Shown piece after piece: positions 29,511 to 42,677 of a stretch of DNA of 64,000 nucleotides. Numbering within the stretch: the stretch's first letter is position 1; each line of letters opens with the position of its first letter. The DNA comes from Eledone cirrhosa (taxonomy: Eukaryota): assembly GCA_964016885.1 (NCBI GenBank), contig OZ024742.1, positions 122,264,001-122,328,000 of the forward strand, in the 5' to 3' direction. Both the position numbers and the translations under genes were made by a program. The notes under the pieces are model-generated. The model did not search any database and was not told the origin of the DNA. It worked only from the letters and a program-made list of their open reading frames with translations.

Positions 29511-29545
<35 letters not shown>

Positions 29546-30130
29546 CGCACACCATCTCACAGTCTGTGGCCTACTCCAGTGCCACGGAACACCCGCCCAT
29601 CGCCTCACGGTCGAACAACGTACCATCTTCATCTTACAGACCCACACTCCCCCCGGCCTGAACTCCCCACCCTTATTCCTTTAGCGTTCGACCGCCCCCC
29701 CTCCCCCACTTATCCCCCACTAACACCACTAACACACCCCTCCTTTTCACCGCCCACCCCACACTAACAATACTAACACCTCCACTCCACCCCTCATCTA
29801 ACCACCCTTCCCCAACTAACAGACTAACATCCCTTCCCTCCCCTCTTCTCCTCCTCCCCCCTCCTTATCACACGCACACACTTACACCACCCACCCCACA
29901 CGCAACTAACATCACTAACACCCTCGTACACCACCAACTCTACACACCCTACCCCCACTAACCCCCACTCACACCTGCATTCCACCCCTCCCCACCTCCC
30001 GTCTACTAACACCCACTAACACCTCCTCACCAAACTACACACACACCAGTACACCACACTCCCTCCATAGAACCACACACACCCTTCTCTCCCCACTCCA
30101 CACTCACTCATCCCACTAACACCCCTACTA

Positions 30131-30197
<67 letters not shown>

Positions 30198-31139
30198 CCT
30201 TACTCCAACTCTCACACCTACCCATCCTCGCCTCCCTACCATTCCGCTGACTGCTGCTATGCCCTTCCGACCACTGTCTCAGCACCAACTGACCACAGCA
30301 CTTCCACTGCTGACCACTTCCTGTTGCGCGTGCACCGCACATCTCTCCTCTTCCGACCACCGCTTCTTGGATTACCCACACCGTTTTGACTTCCAACCAA
30401 AATCTCCATACATCCGTGTAACTTACCACTTTCAACCATCCTCTAACACCATCACCTATATAACTCACCCACACACACATCCCAAAACACATTTTTTTAT
30501 CCACACGCCACCCACACCCACAACACGCTTAAACCACACACACGTGCTTCCCACCACATATTTACACCCTCAGCCCCCTGATTCCTCTCCCCCCACCCCC
30601 TATGCACACACGCACAGACCCTCCGACACACAAAAACACCCCCCACACACACCTTCCTGAACATGCAACCCCGTTCTTCCCCCAACCCTCACTTTCACAT
30701 ACACACACACACACACACACGCACACCTAACCACACACACCACCTTCTGCCCTCCCCGCTCGGACACCCCGTCTCCCTCTCCCCACTCCACCCGCCTCCA
30801 CCTCTACTCACCCCACACCCTTCCACCACCTGTTTACCCCCCTTTTAATTTCAGTTTATTTTGATCATGCCTTTATTTTTAAATGTTCTCATTCCTTGTA
30901 TTTTGATCATGCTTTATTTTTATTTATTATTTATTATATTTTTGTCTTTATTTGTTAATTTTTCATTCGCACCGTTTCCTTTCGCTATATGTCTCTCCAC
31001 CACTCCCCTACACACCTTTTGAACTCTTACCTGAAGAAGGGCTTATGCCCGAAACGTCGTCCTCCACCTACCCCCCACTCTCCTGAGCGTGAATCTAATA
31101 AACATTTGTCGTACTGCCTCTCTGTTCTGTCCCTGTTCA

Positions 31140-31145
<6 letters not shown>
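29546..31145 (+). mobile_element. 5'-truncated Neptune-like PLE: GIY-YIG C-terminus, C/A-rich UTR and HHR; shorter copies at ~48352-48765 and ~61610-62412
   Basis: 29553-29684 translates HLTVCGLLQCHGTPAHRLTVEQRTIFILQTHTPPGLNSPPLFL* (EQxxIFxLxTxxPxGLN motif). CTGAAGAAGGGCTTATGCCCGAAACGTC at 31031, 48649 and (CTGAGGA) 62294. AATAAA precedes (TA)n. Confidence 0.8.
31028..31061 (+). ncRNA. Minimal hammerhead motif with only 2 bp in stem I; copies at 48646-48679 and 62291-62324
   Basis: AC-CUGAAGA-A-GGGC-UUAU-GCCC-GAAA-CG-UC-GU. Confidence 0.65.
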
Positions 31146-31195
<50 letters not shown>

Positions 31196-32017
31196 ATGTG
31201 TGTGAATATATATATTTATATGTACAACGCCATCTCCATTGGCTCTCCCCCTCCCCCTATCAATGTACTACGCCATCCCCACTGACACTCCCCATCTCTC
31301 TATTTACACAGACACACATGTGTATATATATATATGTGAGTAAATATATATATGTGTATGTGTATGTATGTGTGTGTGTATGTGTGTGTATGTGTGTATA
31401 TATGTCAGTGTGTATACATGCATGTGTATGTATACAAAGTTATTGTCAGACTAAGTCTAGGTACGTATCTCCCCATTGCATTTGACACCACCAATACATC
31501 CACCACACCACCATAAACACCACACCCACACCACACACAATAATCAGCCACAAATACACGCCAATCTGTCTACCGACAATCCCCCCCCCCCCTCCCCACA
31601 TCACAGCCCAACCCAGCCTACGACCGACACCACCAACTTATCATCACACCCACCCACAAATCCACTACAGGCGAAAACATCACTATGATCTATTTCACCA
31701 ATCAAAACAAGCCTTATTGACCAACATATGAACTTCTGACTTTATCATATAGCATGTATTCATTTTTTACTAGCATTTTAAAGGGTCAGTGGAGCTGCGG
31801 ATTATAGAGTCGGATAAGATCGATACAGATCGAACCTTGAGTTGATCAGTGGCGAAACGCGCGTCACCTACAAATAAATGTAATGAAGGAGTAACCAATC
31901 GTCGTTGTTATCTTTTCAATATATATATATATATATATATATATACATTATGAAGAGAGAAGAAACATTTAGATATAATTAGTAATAAAATGTATCATAC
32001 CTAAACTGCTCCTAGAT

Positions 32018-32107
32018 TCCTCGACTACGTAGTTTCGTGGCATAAACAAAAACAATACATCATAAAGATATAGAGTCCCTGCGAGGTCTGCCGACTTATC
32101 AAGAGGA
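32018..32107 (-). ncRNA. Type I hammerhead, U3-A8 variant with extended stem II
   Basis: UCCUC-UUGAUAA-GU(C)GGCA...UGCC-AC-GAAA-CUACGUAG-UC-GAGGA, with GUC triplet and 8-nt palindromic stem III. Confidence 0.85.
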
Positions 32108-32499
32108 TACCTCATTTTACTAGTCTCAAGAACGCGTCTACACGACGTGAGAAATAAACGGCTTCGATATAAATACCCCCTCCGCCTCCGTGGTATATTC
32201 TTCGGGGTTATAAGAGGCTTAGCTCTGTTTCTCGACCGTTATATCGCGTGACTATCTCCCACTCCGCCTTTTGGGATTCTTTCTCACGTCGTGTGGTAGT
32301 TGCTTACGACTGGTGGCATTTTTGCTAGAAAGCACAGCAAAATACAGCCAAATTTTTATCTCAACCTAGTGGGAGATTATTTCATATAAAAGTTTACATA
32401 TATATATATACATACATATACCTGTTTTGCAACCGGTCACTTTGTGGTTCAATGTGACACGTATATGTATGTATATATATATATATATAATATGTAAAC

Positions 32500-32538
<39 letters not shown>

Positions 32539-33143
32539 TATATATATATATATAATTCAAGAAAGACGAGTGACATGTTTGGCTATACAATAAGAGCTTT
32601 ATACACATTGCTGACAATTGTTTCTTTGATCTGGTAGGTCTAGAGTTCGCTACTCCCTTGATGTTGCGTCAATCGAACTCCAATACTTTGTTTATAACCA
32701 GTCGTTCCATTGTATAGCCAACGATGTCACTCTTCTTTCTTGAATTATTATTACTCCAAGTATAAACTACATATAAATGACCGCATTCTCGCAGCATCAC
32801 TATGGAAATGTCTTGTTCAGTCAAACTAAGCCATACGTTAATACCATCCACTACACGGAGTACACTGACTGGACTACATCTAAGTGAACTGCCTATAACG
32901 ATAACCTGTTATCCCGTATATATATATACGTTGGCTGAGAGCTTCTGACAGGAACTAAATGATTGATTATTTTTAGCTTCCCGTCCCCACGTAAAATTTA
33001 TAAATCAGTGGCTAGTTGAGAGATAGAGTCCTATCAGTTGCCAGTTGCTAATCGCTTTACCGTGACGGTTGTCACAAACAGTCATGATCAGCATGGGCCG
33101 GTGTTTAGATTCTCTTGATCGATTGGTTATTGATTAGGCGATA

Positions 33144-33253
33144 CCCGCTGATGAAGCCGCATAAGCCGATTGTGCATTGTTGCATAATATATGCAGACAG
33201 ATGGTGCAGTGCACCTTACTGCTGCATTAGTGCGGCTGAAACTCGAGTCCGGG
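33144..33253 (+). ncRNA. Type I hammerhead ribozyme, canonical core, 69-nt insert in stem II
   Basis: CCCG-CUGAUGA-AGCCGCA...UGCGGCU-GAAA-CUCGAG-UC-CGGG. The insert itself forms hairpins (UGCAUA/UAUGCA, GCAGU/ACUGC). Confidence 0.92.
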
Positions 33254-33665
33254 ACCTTATAGGCACCCGTTTTACGTGTGTTGTGTTGAGGCAAGTAACT
33301 ATGTGTATACTCTGGTAATGTATCTTAGATTGCCCATTGAGTGCGCTGAGTACAACCGGTACTGGCATTGATATATATGTTGCGTCCGTCAATATATATA
33401 TATACAGTCACACATATTTACGACCTGAATCCATTTCCCAATATTTATGATTTAAAATTTGTGAATGACACTACTGGGCGACGTATTTATCTCATGAATA
33501 AGCCTAAACATTCTACGAAGGATGTAAATCGGAAACAATTCCTCCAAAATATTGTTACAGAACAGAGAAAACTAGCGCCCCAGATGACAAAGGGTGCCTT
33601 TTCCAGGCCTAAATTTCATTTATAAAGAGGTTTTCTCTCTTTAACCCCCTATCATTATGTATTTA

Positions 33666-33741
33666 TCCTTACGGGGTCGATAAAATAAAGTACCAGTAAT
33701 GCACTGGAATAATTGCTGGCCTTGTGCCAAAAGTAGAAACA
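33666..33741 (+). mobile_element. 5'-truncated SINE with 12-bp TSD
   Basis: SINE 3' end. TSD ATTATGTATTTA at 33654-33665 and 33742-33753. Confidence 0.88.
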
Positions 33742-34155
33742 ATTATGTATTTAGTACGTATTCAACCTGCTTATTTTTATTTCATTCCGGTCTGTCGTGC
33801 GGTTTTCTCACACGATTCAGTAAAGGAGACAGAAAAACCACTATACTACAGGCCACACTTCCAACATCATCAAATATAAAAAAGATGTGAAAGATGTGCT
33901 ACCTCTATATATTATTCAATTGGCTTCTATTGCATAACGCATTATTTTATCAATTTGAACATTGGCGTAATCAGAATGAAATGATTGGCGAATTGTCTGC
34001 GAAATGAAACACCATGATATATATATATATGTGTATATACCAACCCCCCCCGCCTCACACACACACACTCACACACGCACAAACACACACACATACACAC
34101 ACACACACATACACACACACACATATACATATATATGTATATATATATACATGTA

Positions 34156-34195
<40 letters not shown>

Positions 34196-34197
34196 AG

Positions 34198-34231
<34 letters not shown>

Positions 34232-34377
34232 CGTGTGTGTGTATATATATATATATACACATACATGTATATATATATACATACATATATATATATATAT
34301 ACATATATATGTATACTGTATATATATATATATGTGTGTATATATGCGTGTTTATATATATATATATAGAGAGAGAG

Positions 34378-34772
34378 AGAAATATTAAAACAATGAAATT
34401 AAACAAAAAACGGTTAATTCATAGTAAAACTCATTATTTTAATATCGTTTCTGGGTCGTAGTTCCCCGTATGTCCATTCTATTATTGATCTATGTAAAAT
34501 ATATTACAAAATATCATAGTAAGAAAATATAAATATGTCTTCACTACCCGCCGTCTTCAGAAATAATTATTATCAAAAAATTATTTCTGAAGACGTATGT
34601 ATATAGTGGAGACGTATGTATATTTTCTTATAATGATATTTTGTAATATATTTTACATAGATCAATAATAGAATGGACATACGGGGAACTACCCCCCAGA
34701 AACGATCGGAAAATAATGAGTTTTACTATGAATTACCCGTTTTTTGTTTAATTTCATTGTTTTAATATTTCT
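34378..34772. mobile_element. Fold-back cassette with an HHR motif (~100-nt stem II domain) in each arm
   Basis: Arms ~34378-34568 and ~34579-34772. Consensus AUUAUUU-CUGAAGA...GAAA-CGAUCG-UA-AAAUAAU (34433-34567 -, 34580-34717 +). Each copy carries a different lesion. Confidence 0.8.
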
Positions 34773-34900
34773 ATTTTTGACTCTGTATCCAATGGATTAT
34801 ATCGTTGAAAATTTTGTATTTAAACTTTGCTTCGCGACACCTTCTACATACGGATTACATTGAGTTCTTCATACGGTTTAGACCCTACCATTGATTGGTA

Positions 34901-34990
<90 letters not shown>

Positions 34991-34998
34991 TCTATGTA

Positions 34999-35055
<57 letters not shown>

Positions 35056-35164
35056 TGGCTGCCAGATCGTTTTCGAGGAAGGCCACTACTTTATATCCAT
35101 GTAGGAGGACCCCTACCGATACGCTGTATGAGTGTGACTTTTTAGTCCAGCCTGCGACTTGAAA

Positions 35165-35661
35165 ACTCTGGTACAAAGACTACACTTGTGACAATTACTG
35201 ACACATAGTGCTGGGCCCATGGTACCATTTGACGACAAGTGCAGAGAGATCTCCACATATAAAGCAATGCCTGTGCCATGAAGCTTTTATAGTGAGCAAA
35301 GGCACTGCACAAACCAGTCCGACTCTCTTAACCAAGATTATATTTACCAAAAAGAAGAACAAGTTAACATCATTGGATACCATCAGGGTTGCAGGTGTTA
35401 TATCAGAGTTTTCCTTCTCCTAGAACTCTGCCTTGACAAAGGCTAAGGGGTCATCTCTCCCTGTGTTTTTGGATGGCCATTGACTCTTAAGAGCTCCTTT
35501 GCCCTTTGAGAGGTTTTGTTTTTAGTCCTGCAAAATGTCCAAAGTCACCCTCCTCACCAAGAAACCTTGGTGGGGTTGCCAGTTTAGTCGCCAACGACCC
35601 GACCATGAGACAGGTTGAACTGGGATACATGTTACCAGTAGCACGAACTGGTGACCTGACA
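35165..35661 (-). mobile_element. Dispersed repeat starting at TA/CA microsatellites; copies at ~49469-49665 (+) and ~60455-60648 (-)
   Basis: Shared GGTCAC...GTAACATGTA...CAACCTGTC(G/T)CATGGTCG...GGCAA(C)CCCACCAAG...GAGTCAA(C/T)GGCCA. Resembles an RTE-type 5' UTR (inference). Confidence 0.7.
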
Positions 35662-35663
35662 TA

Positions 35664-35787
<124 letters not shown>

Positions 35788-36041
35788 AAGGGATATATTG
35801 AGTTAAAAACTCAAACTCTTACAATTAAATACCTCAAAGAAAGAGGTTTTTATGAGCCTGTAATATAATTGAATATAAAAGAAAGATAAAGACAGATATA
35901 AACATATATGTCTTCAAATTTTAAGGGACCAGATTTGCTAGGGTGAAAAAAATACTAACTATTAACAATAGGTTTTGCCAGACTCAATTTAAAATAATAA
36001 ATCAAGAAAAGAAATACAAACCGATCTGGGCAAATGCCAGA

Positions 36042-36117
36042 CACCCAGACAGTTTTTGGTAGGCTGTTTCACAATTTTGGTGAAGGGAATTACCAATTCT
36101 TTCCTCATCAGTAAGTG
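36042..36117 (-). ncRNA. Type I hammerhead ribozyme with non-palindromic looped stem III
   Basis: CACUUA-CUGAUGA-GGAAAGAAUUGGU...ACCAAAAUUGU-GAAA-CAG-(11-nt loop)-CUG-UC-UGGGUG. Confidence 0.8.
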
Positions 36118-36261
36118 TAAAATTAGTAAACCCTCCACATCTAGGTATCTCAGAAGACTGAATAGCGTGCGAATATAAAATAACGCACATGCCGTCAGAA
36201 CCTAGCGTGTCTCATAAACGTATACTACTAAACATAGCAGCTAAGTTTACACACACATACA

Positions 36262-36386
<125 letters not shown>

Positions 36387-37649
36387 ACCTAATATCGGTT
36401 TGGATGAAAACAGGATGAAAGAGTAGGATAGCAAGGGAATGAGATAGTTGGTAATGAGTTTGATAACTGCGACTTTGAGTTTTGTATAAAATGCTACAGA
36501 TACCATTTAAGTATTTTAAAAGTGACCAAGTTATCCATGAAAATCAAACTACCATTTCTACTATTAGTTAATTAAAACATGTATAAAGTCTGTCTCTAAC
36601 GTGGAGACTCATGTAACGTGGGGAACAAGACTCTCCGCTCTTTAGGACGCCTGTCCATCGCATGGTAAAAACCATTTGCTATTGCTCGTATTGTTTTTCA
36701 GCTAAGTATGCTGGAGCAGCGTGAAATAAATTGTTTTGCATAAGAACACAACACACAACATTTCAGGGATTAAACATTTCAGGGATTAAACCCATTAGGC
36801 CTCTCGTCCCCACATAGATATTTACACATGTTGTCAATGTACTACCACTACCATGGAAAACGCTACCATAGGAATATATAATTGATAACTTGAATTTCGT
36901 GCGTATGTTAGAAACAACACGATAGGCTCAATATCAGCCTTCTCTTTCAACTTCCCTACAATTTTCTAATCAACAATGTTTTGAATTGCGCACAAATCAT
37001 TTTTAATTTAAACGTGTTATCTCTTATATTTCCAAGTGTATAAAGCAGCTTGAGGAAATCCAGAAGCAGTCAGGACAGCTATGTAATACTCAGACCGGGA
37101 AACTAGTAGAATTATTTGCCACATAATTGACTCTACTAAATAAAAAGAAACACTGGTGTTATACAGAGCAGCGGGTTCAATCAACCCGATGGCTTTCCAC
37201 TCCGCACTGTACTTGCCAAATTTTATTCATGAGATATGTAACCATAGAAGGAGATGGTACAAAGTACTTACTCAAAATGCTATGCTATCTGATCAACAAC
37301 GGGCACACGTGATTGCTAAATGAAATTATTAATCAGTGTGTTTGCACATATAATCTATATTCATGAAATGAGAAAAACAACCTGTGTAATAAATACGTTT
37401 AAGCATGTGTTTATTAATTCTGTTTCATGTGGAAGACGAAAATTGTATTTGAGAATGTATGTATCGACCAATAATTCTTAAGGGTCGTAGGTTCGCCGTA
37501 TTGATATAAGGCATTTCTAGGGCATTTTAAAAACCTGGTGGACGCCCTCACTCTTCAGGTCTGAATACAGCAGATTTCTTGCAGAGTAGGGTAGAAAGAG
37601 TGAGAGAATGGTAGAAATGAGAAAGATATATATTTGAAGAATCAACAGC

Positions 37650-37785
37650 AGTACTAGACTCATAATTTTTTCATCGACCTTGAATGGATGAAAGGCAAAG
37701 TTGACCTCGGCGGGATTTGAAATCAGAGAGCAGAGAGCCGAAATGAATACCGCTGATGTTTTGACGACTCTGCCATTTCTCCACC
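37650..37785 (-). mobile_element. Diverged copy of the tRNA-derived SINE; other decayed copies at ~10765-10920, ~11860-11950, ~41787-41890 and ~48140-48290
   Basis: GGATGAAAGGCAAAGTTGACCTCGGCGGGATTTGAA core shared with 2076-2262. Confidence 0.75.
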
Positions 37786-37992
37786 ATGTATGTGAGCATA
37801 TAATTATTATATTCATAGAAATATACTCCTAGTTTTGCGCGAACATAAAGTAATAATGCGAAAAAGAAAGAAAACACACAACCACTACACATATTAAACA
37901 AAGAAAATTTTATGATATGTCTTCATATTTTCCATATTCTAGATTCATATGGCATTAGTCTATCAAATTCTAGATACTTAATGTTTTCTGAA

Positions 37993-38082
37993 CAATGTGA
38001 CGTGTCAACCAAATAAGTTAAGCTTGTATAGTTATTTTCAAAAGATAAAGTACACGACATGAACAGATACGCAAATTCAGCT

Positions 38083-38090
<8 letters not shown>
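37993..38090 (+). repeat. Apparently exact ~98-bp duplicate of 8161-8258
   Basis: AATGTGACGTGTCAACCAAATAAG...CAAATTCAGCTGTGATATATA occurs at both positions. Confidence 0.9.
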
Positions 38091-38121
<31 letters not shown>

Positions 38122-38152
38122 AGAAATTAAACGATGGTTAACAAATTTCCAC

Positions 38153-38220
38153 ATTTTATTATGCGTATTTTGGAAACAAGATCATGCTGGGACAAAAATT
38201 GTGTTCTCATCAGATAAAAT
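38153..38220 (-). ncRNA. Degenerate hammerhead motif (GAAA to AAAA)
   Basis: AUUUUAU-CUGAUGA-GAACA...UGUUUCC-AAAA-UACGCA-UA-AUAAAAU. Confidence 0.55.
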
Positions 38221-38327
38221 AAGGTAACATGATATGAGGCCTAAAAACACTTGTCAACAAGAAAGTGTCCATGCTACTTATCTGGTATATGCATAGTTTT
38301 ATTGTTCTACAATATTACTCACCTTCT

Positions 38328-38397
<70 letters not shown>

Positions 38398-38407
38398 GTG
38401 TGTGTGT

Positions 38408-38453
<46 letters not shown>

Positions 38454-38455
<2 letters not shown>

Positions 38456-38975
38456 CGTGATGACGTCCCTCAAGCCGGACTTGTGTCTGATGACTTCGCT
38501 CCTGATGTGCTGTCTCAACGAGATTCCTAGCATTGATCTCGCTATGGCTTTTTGAGCCGTTACCAGCCTCTGCTCTTCTCTCTTCGTTGTAGCCCAAGTT
38601 TCACTGCCATATAACATTGGAGGTAAAACTGTGCTATTGAAGAGGTTGGCGCGTGTGGTCTTGTCCAACGTCCCCTTGAGCACATCCCTTATGCCGTTGA
38701 ACGCCTTCCATCCGGCCCTTACTCTCCACGAGACCTCCCTCTCAATGCCTCGGCGCATGTTCACTTCTTGTCCCAGGTAGACGTATTTCTCCACCTCCTC
38801 TATTTCATCACCGCCAACCACTCGTAAGGCCTCCACGAGCGTGGAGTTACGATTTTAGGAATACGATTGGGACTACATGGATGAGGAAAGCACATTACAG
38901 AGAGGAATGGACGGCGTGCTGTGACCATCGGCGCCGAATGGACGCCCGGCAGACTGGTCGGTCAAGGTGATCAAG

Positions 38976-38980
<5 letters not shown>
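38454..38980. mobile_element. RTE-clade LINE 3' fragment with inverted 5' part, inserted in (TA)n
   Basis: Minus strand 38454-38836: [41 protein letters not shown]. Plus strand ~38835-38980: RAWSYDFRNTIGTTWMRKAHYREEW, ending in the tandem tail CAAGGTGAT x2. Confidence 0.88.
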
Positions 38981-39054
<74 letters not shown>

Positions 39055-39794
39055 GGGAATCTCCATAAAATTGTAGTATTCTCAGAGCGCGATGGGCAGC
39101 CTTAAACAGCTGGAGACTATATGTATAGTAAAAAGTTCGGTTAAAATGTAACCTTATATCGGATGGAAATGTGGAAGAGAAAGGAAGAGAATCTAAATTA
39201 TGAGACGGAAAATGAGAGGGGTATATTATATAGAGACAAGAAAAGAGCGGGAACGAGGTCGATGGACAGGACTTACGGAGAATTACAAAAACAGATAAGA
39301 TGATGGAGAAAGTAAACTAACAAATGAATTTACGGTCATGAAAATCATTAGCTTTCATCAAGACTTACATAGTTTCTCGCGAAAATGAAGGACTATGTAA
39401 TTAAGTCTTGTTGGCGCAATATAACTTAAATTGTTATTGTCCCCACGCTGAAATGTGGGAACAAGTGAGCAGTGGGGCACGTCCACACTAATTCGTAATT
39501 GGCAGGAAAAAGAGGCTGCCTGGTACTCTGAAGGGAACAGCTGTAACAATAGGAGACACAGGAGAGTAAGTATCTGTAGTGGCCGTGGCAACAACAAGGG
39601 AGGGGATAGTGGGAGAAACACAAATAAACAGAGAGAACGAGATATGCATAAGAACTGTGAAACCAGTAAAGTAAATAAATAAATATACTTGAAAGACTCT
39701 AGTTGCACTTTCAATTTCTTTTCTTTATTCTTTCACCCGTGTAGGATATATCCTTTTTTTCCTTTTTTTTTATTTTAATAAAAAAACCTCATTT

Positions 39795-39873
<79 letters not shown>

Positions 39874-39877
<4 letters not shown>

Positions 39878-40910
39878 GGAGGTGAATTTTATTGTAGTAC
39901 AATAAAGCAATGCAGATATCGGATAAGTAATGGACATGGTTATACGGAACCGGAAGGACAACCGTACGAACGCGCATGCGCAGAAACGATCACTTCACAC
40001 AGGCAATACTAAATTGCGTACGAGGGTATAAGGGAGATAACTGCGAAAGTCCGAAAGTTTCTAGTTGATAAGAAATTTAGGATGATTTTGTTATTCAATC
40101 CGGAGCTTTGTAGTTATGTAAGGGGTGTTTCTAGACGTGTGCACAACGTGTGAAGAATTCATTTCTCGTGTTTAGGCAATCACTATTGCGTAATCTCTTT
40201 AGAATATATATTCGTTCATCAATACATAGTCCACACGACGGATTGCCCCTTGTATATGACTTGGACTTAGTGATGGCTTTCCATTGAATGGAGTAGTCTA
40301 TACTTGAGTCCTTGAGGGACCATACGTGGCTCGCGAGTGTAGTGGATGAACGTCTCTCCGGGTACCTAAAGGTCGACTGCTCGTTCAGGAAGCGGACAGG
40401 TACACGGACAGACGTTCATCCACGAAACTCGCGTGCCATGTATGGTCTCTCAAGGACTGAAGTATAGACTACTCCATTCAATGGGAAGCCATCACTAAGT
40501 CCAAGCCATACGCAAGGGGCAATCCGTCGTGTGGACTATGTATTGATGAACGAATAAATATTCTAGAGAGATTACGCAATAGTGATTGCCTAAATACGTT
40601 AAATGAATTCTTCACACGTTGTCCACACGTCTGGAAACACCTCTTACATAACTACAAAGCTCTGGACTGAATTACAACAACATCCTAATTTTATTATCAA
40701 CTAGAAACTTTCGGACTTTCACAGTTATCTCCCTTACACCTCTCGCACGCAATTTAGTATTGCCTGTGTGAAGTGATCGCTTCTGCGCATGCGCGTTCGT
40801 ACGGTTGTCCTTCCTGTTCCGTATAACCTTGTCCATTACGAGCTGAGGATCCGCTAAGGTGAAACAATTGTTCTCGGTATGGTGAATTAACTGTTGTGTA
40901 ACCACTTCTA
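39874..40910. mobile_element. Fold-back of a Naiad endonuclease C-terminus and UTR (copy 5); arms ~39928-40355 and ~40410-40839
   Basis: The arms translate T(T/K)LA(S/C)HVWSLKD..YSIQW..CGLCIDERI(Y/N)IL..CLNT(R/L)NEFFTRC(A/P)H, which is not in the ORF track. HHR at 40839-40876. Confidence 0.88.
40839..40876 (+). ncRNA. Minimal type I hammerhead ribozyme
   Basis: CGAG-CUGAGGA-UCC-GCUAA-GGU-GAAA-CAAUUG-UU-CUCG. Confidence 0.78.
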
Positions 40911-41156
40911 TATAAATGTATATATGTATAAATAATCCTTTAAATTTGGAAAATCCAGTAATTTTTTCCCGAAATTTCTTTTTTCTTTTCATGATACAGA
41001 GGCCGGGCAGGACGCATAGTGTTGTTTCTTTGACGGCCGGCCACTATGTATATATATATATATTCATACACACACACACACATATATATGCATACCCCCC
41101 CCCCCATATATATGGAGGAGGTTATAGTTCACTTGAAGCATTGTGTAATGAGTATA

Positions 41157-41497
41157 AACGTTTGAATATGTATAATAAAGCCAAAACAATGCAGGTATGG
41201 ACATAGAAAAAAGAATGCAATTGCAAAAGATATTGTTGACAATTCGTCTTTTATCTTAGATTTATTTAAATGTCCTTAATTTTCTATATAATATCTCTTC
41301 TTCAGAGGGAAATAAAGGTCTCAAACCAACGTTCTAAATATCTTGCCAAGCCAAAGAAGAGATATTATATCGAAAATTAAGGACATTTAAATAAATCTAA
41401 GGTAAAAGACGAATTGTCAACAATATCTTTTACAATTGCATTCTTTTTTCTATGTCCATACCTGCATTGTTTTGGCTTTATTATACATATTCAAACG

Positions 41498-41499
<2 letters not shown>
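41157..41499. repeat. Inverted repeat, arms ~41157-41302 and ~41354-41499, abutting (TA)n
   Basis: AACGTTTGAATATGTATAATAAAGCC...ATATCTCTTCTT and its reverse complement. Confidence 0.9.
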
Positions 41500-41568
<69 letters not shown>

Positions 41569-41572
<4 letters not shown>

Positions 41573-41737
41573 ACGAAGGAAATGTGGTAAGGAACCAGGT
41601 GGACCATAACGCACCAAAGTACTCAATAGTTTGGGTAGTAGAGTGGGTAATAGGAACAAGTAAGACCCCGACGGCTGAGCTCAAGCCGTTTCGACGGCTA
41701 ATTCTGGACTGAATTAGCCGTCGAAACGGCTTGAGCT

Positions 41738-41740
<3 letters not shown>
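41569..41740 (-). mobile_element. Short hairpin-ended cassette (family D); copies at ~20718-20755, ~43820-43995, ~53381-53530 and ~56645-56848
   Basis: Shared GTCGAAACGGC(TT/CG)GAGCTCAGCCGTCGGGGTC...CTTTGGTGCGTTATGGTCCAC, always between (TA)n runs. It contains the 3' half of an HHR (GAAA-CGGC..GCCG-UC). Confidence 0.8.
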
Positions 41741-41787
<47 letters not shown>

Positions 41788-42115
41788 AGAGGTTGCTTTG
41801 CGGTATTCGGTTCGACTCGAAGAGATCAAAGTTCGACTTTGTCTTTTAACCTTCCGATGTCAATGGGAAAAGTAACAGTCTAGTACTGTTGTTGATTCTT
41901 CCTCTATATGTATTTCTCACTTCCATTCGGGACTCTGCATATATATATATATATTTTGGTTCGTCAAGTATGACATTTGTAGAAACTCTTAGAAAAAATT
42001 ATTTCTACTAGTTTCATACTGGACGCCCCAATATATAGAATTAAAGCTTTCATTCCGGCGTTGCTGTATACATATAAGTATAAGTATCTTGTATATCAAA
42101 TGATATACTGTATGC

Positions 42116-42359
42116 TTACGAATATGCGTTTGAAAGACTTTCGCTATGAATTTTGGAAGCTGATGGCTGCTGCCATCTAGAGAATTCCAACAGAGAGCAG
42201 TGTAGGGTGAGCTTTGAATTGATAACGGCCGTCTGTGAGAAACGATCGTCAGTAGTTATCCTCTCTTGCTTCTTATGGAATTCGGTAGATGGTGCTAGAT
42301 GGTGCTAGCCATCAGCTTCTAAAATCCATAGCAAAAGGCTTTCAAATTCTTATTCGTAA
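42116..42359. repeat. Diverged inverted repeat, arms ~42116-42181 and ~42295-42359
   Basis: TTACGAATA..GAAGCTGATGGCT..CCATCTAG versus CTAGATGG..AGCCATCAGCTTC..TATTCGTAA. Confidence 0.7.
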
Positions 42360-42393
42360 ACATAACTTATATCATTAGATATACACACATATA

Positions 42394-42477
<84 letters not shown>

Positions 42478-42583
42478 ACACACACAGACATACACACACA
42501 CACACATAAATATATGTATATGTATATGGAGATAGAGATAGAGAGAGAAATATAGAGATAGATATATTGATAGATAGATAGAT

Positions 42584-42677
<94 letters not shown>

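Noticed and set aside
29690-30850. Pro/His/Thr-rich ORFs
   Set aside because: This is the C/A-rich low-complexity UTR of the Neptune-like PLE, and the frames are not conserved in the copy at 61610-62412.
42215-42255. TTGATAA...GAAACGATCGTC as another U3-A8 hammerhead
   Set aside because: Stems I and II do not pair convincingly.
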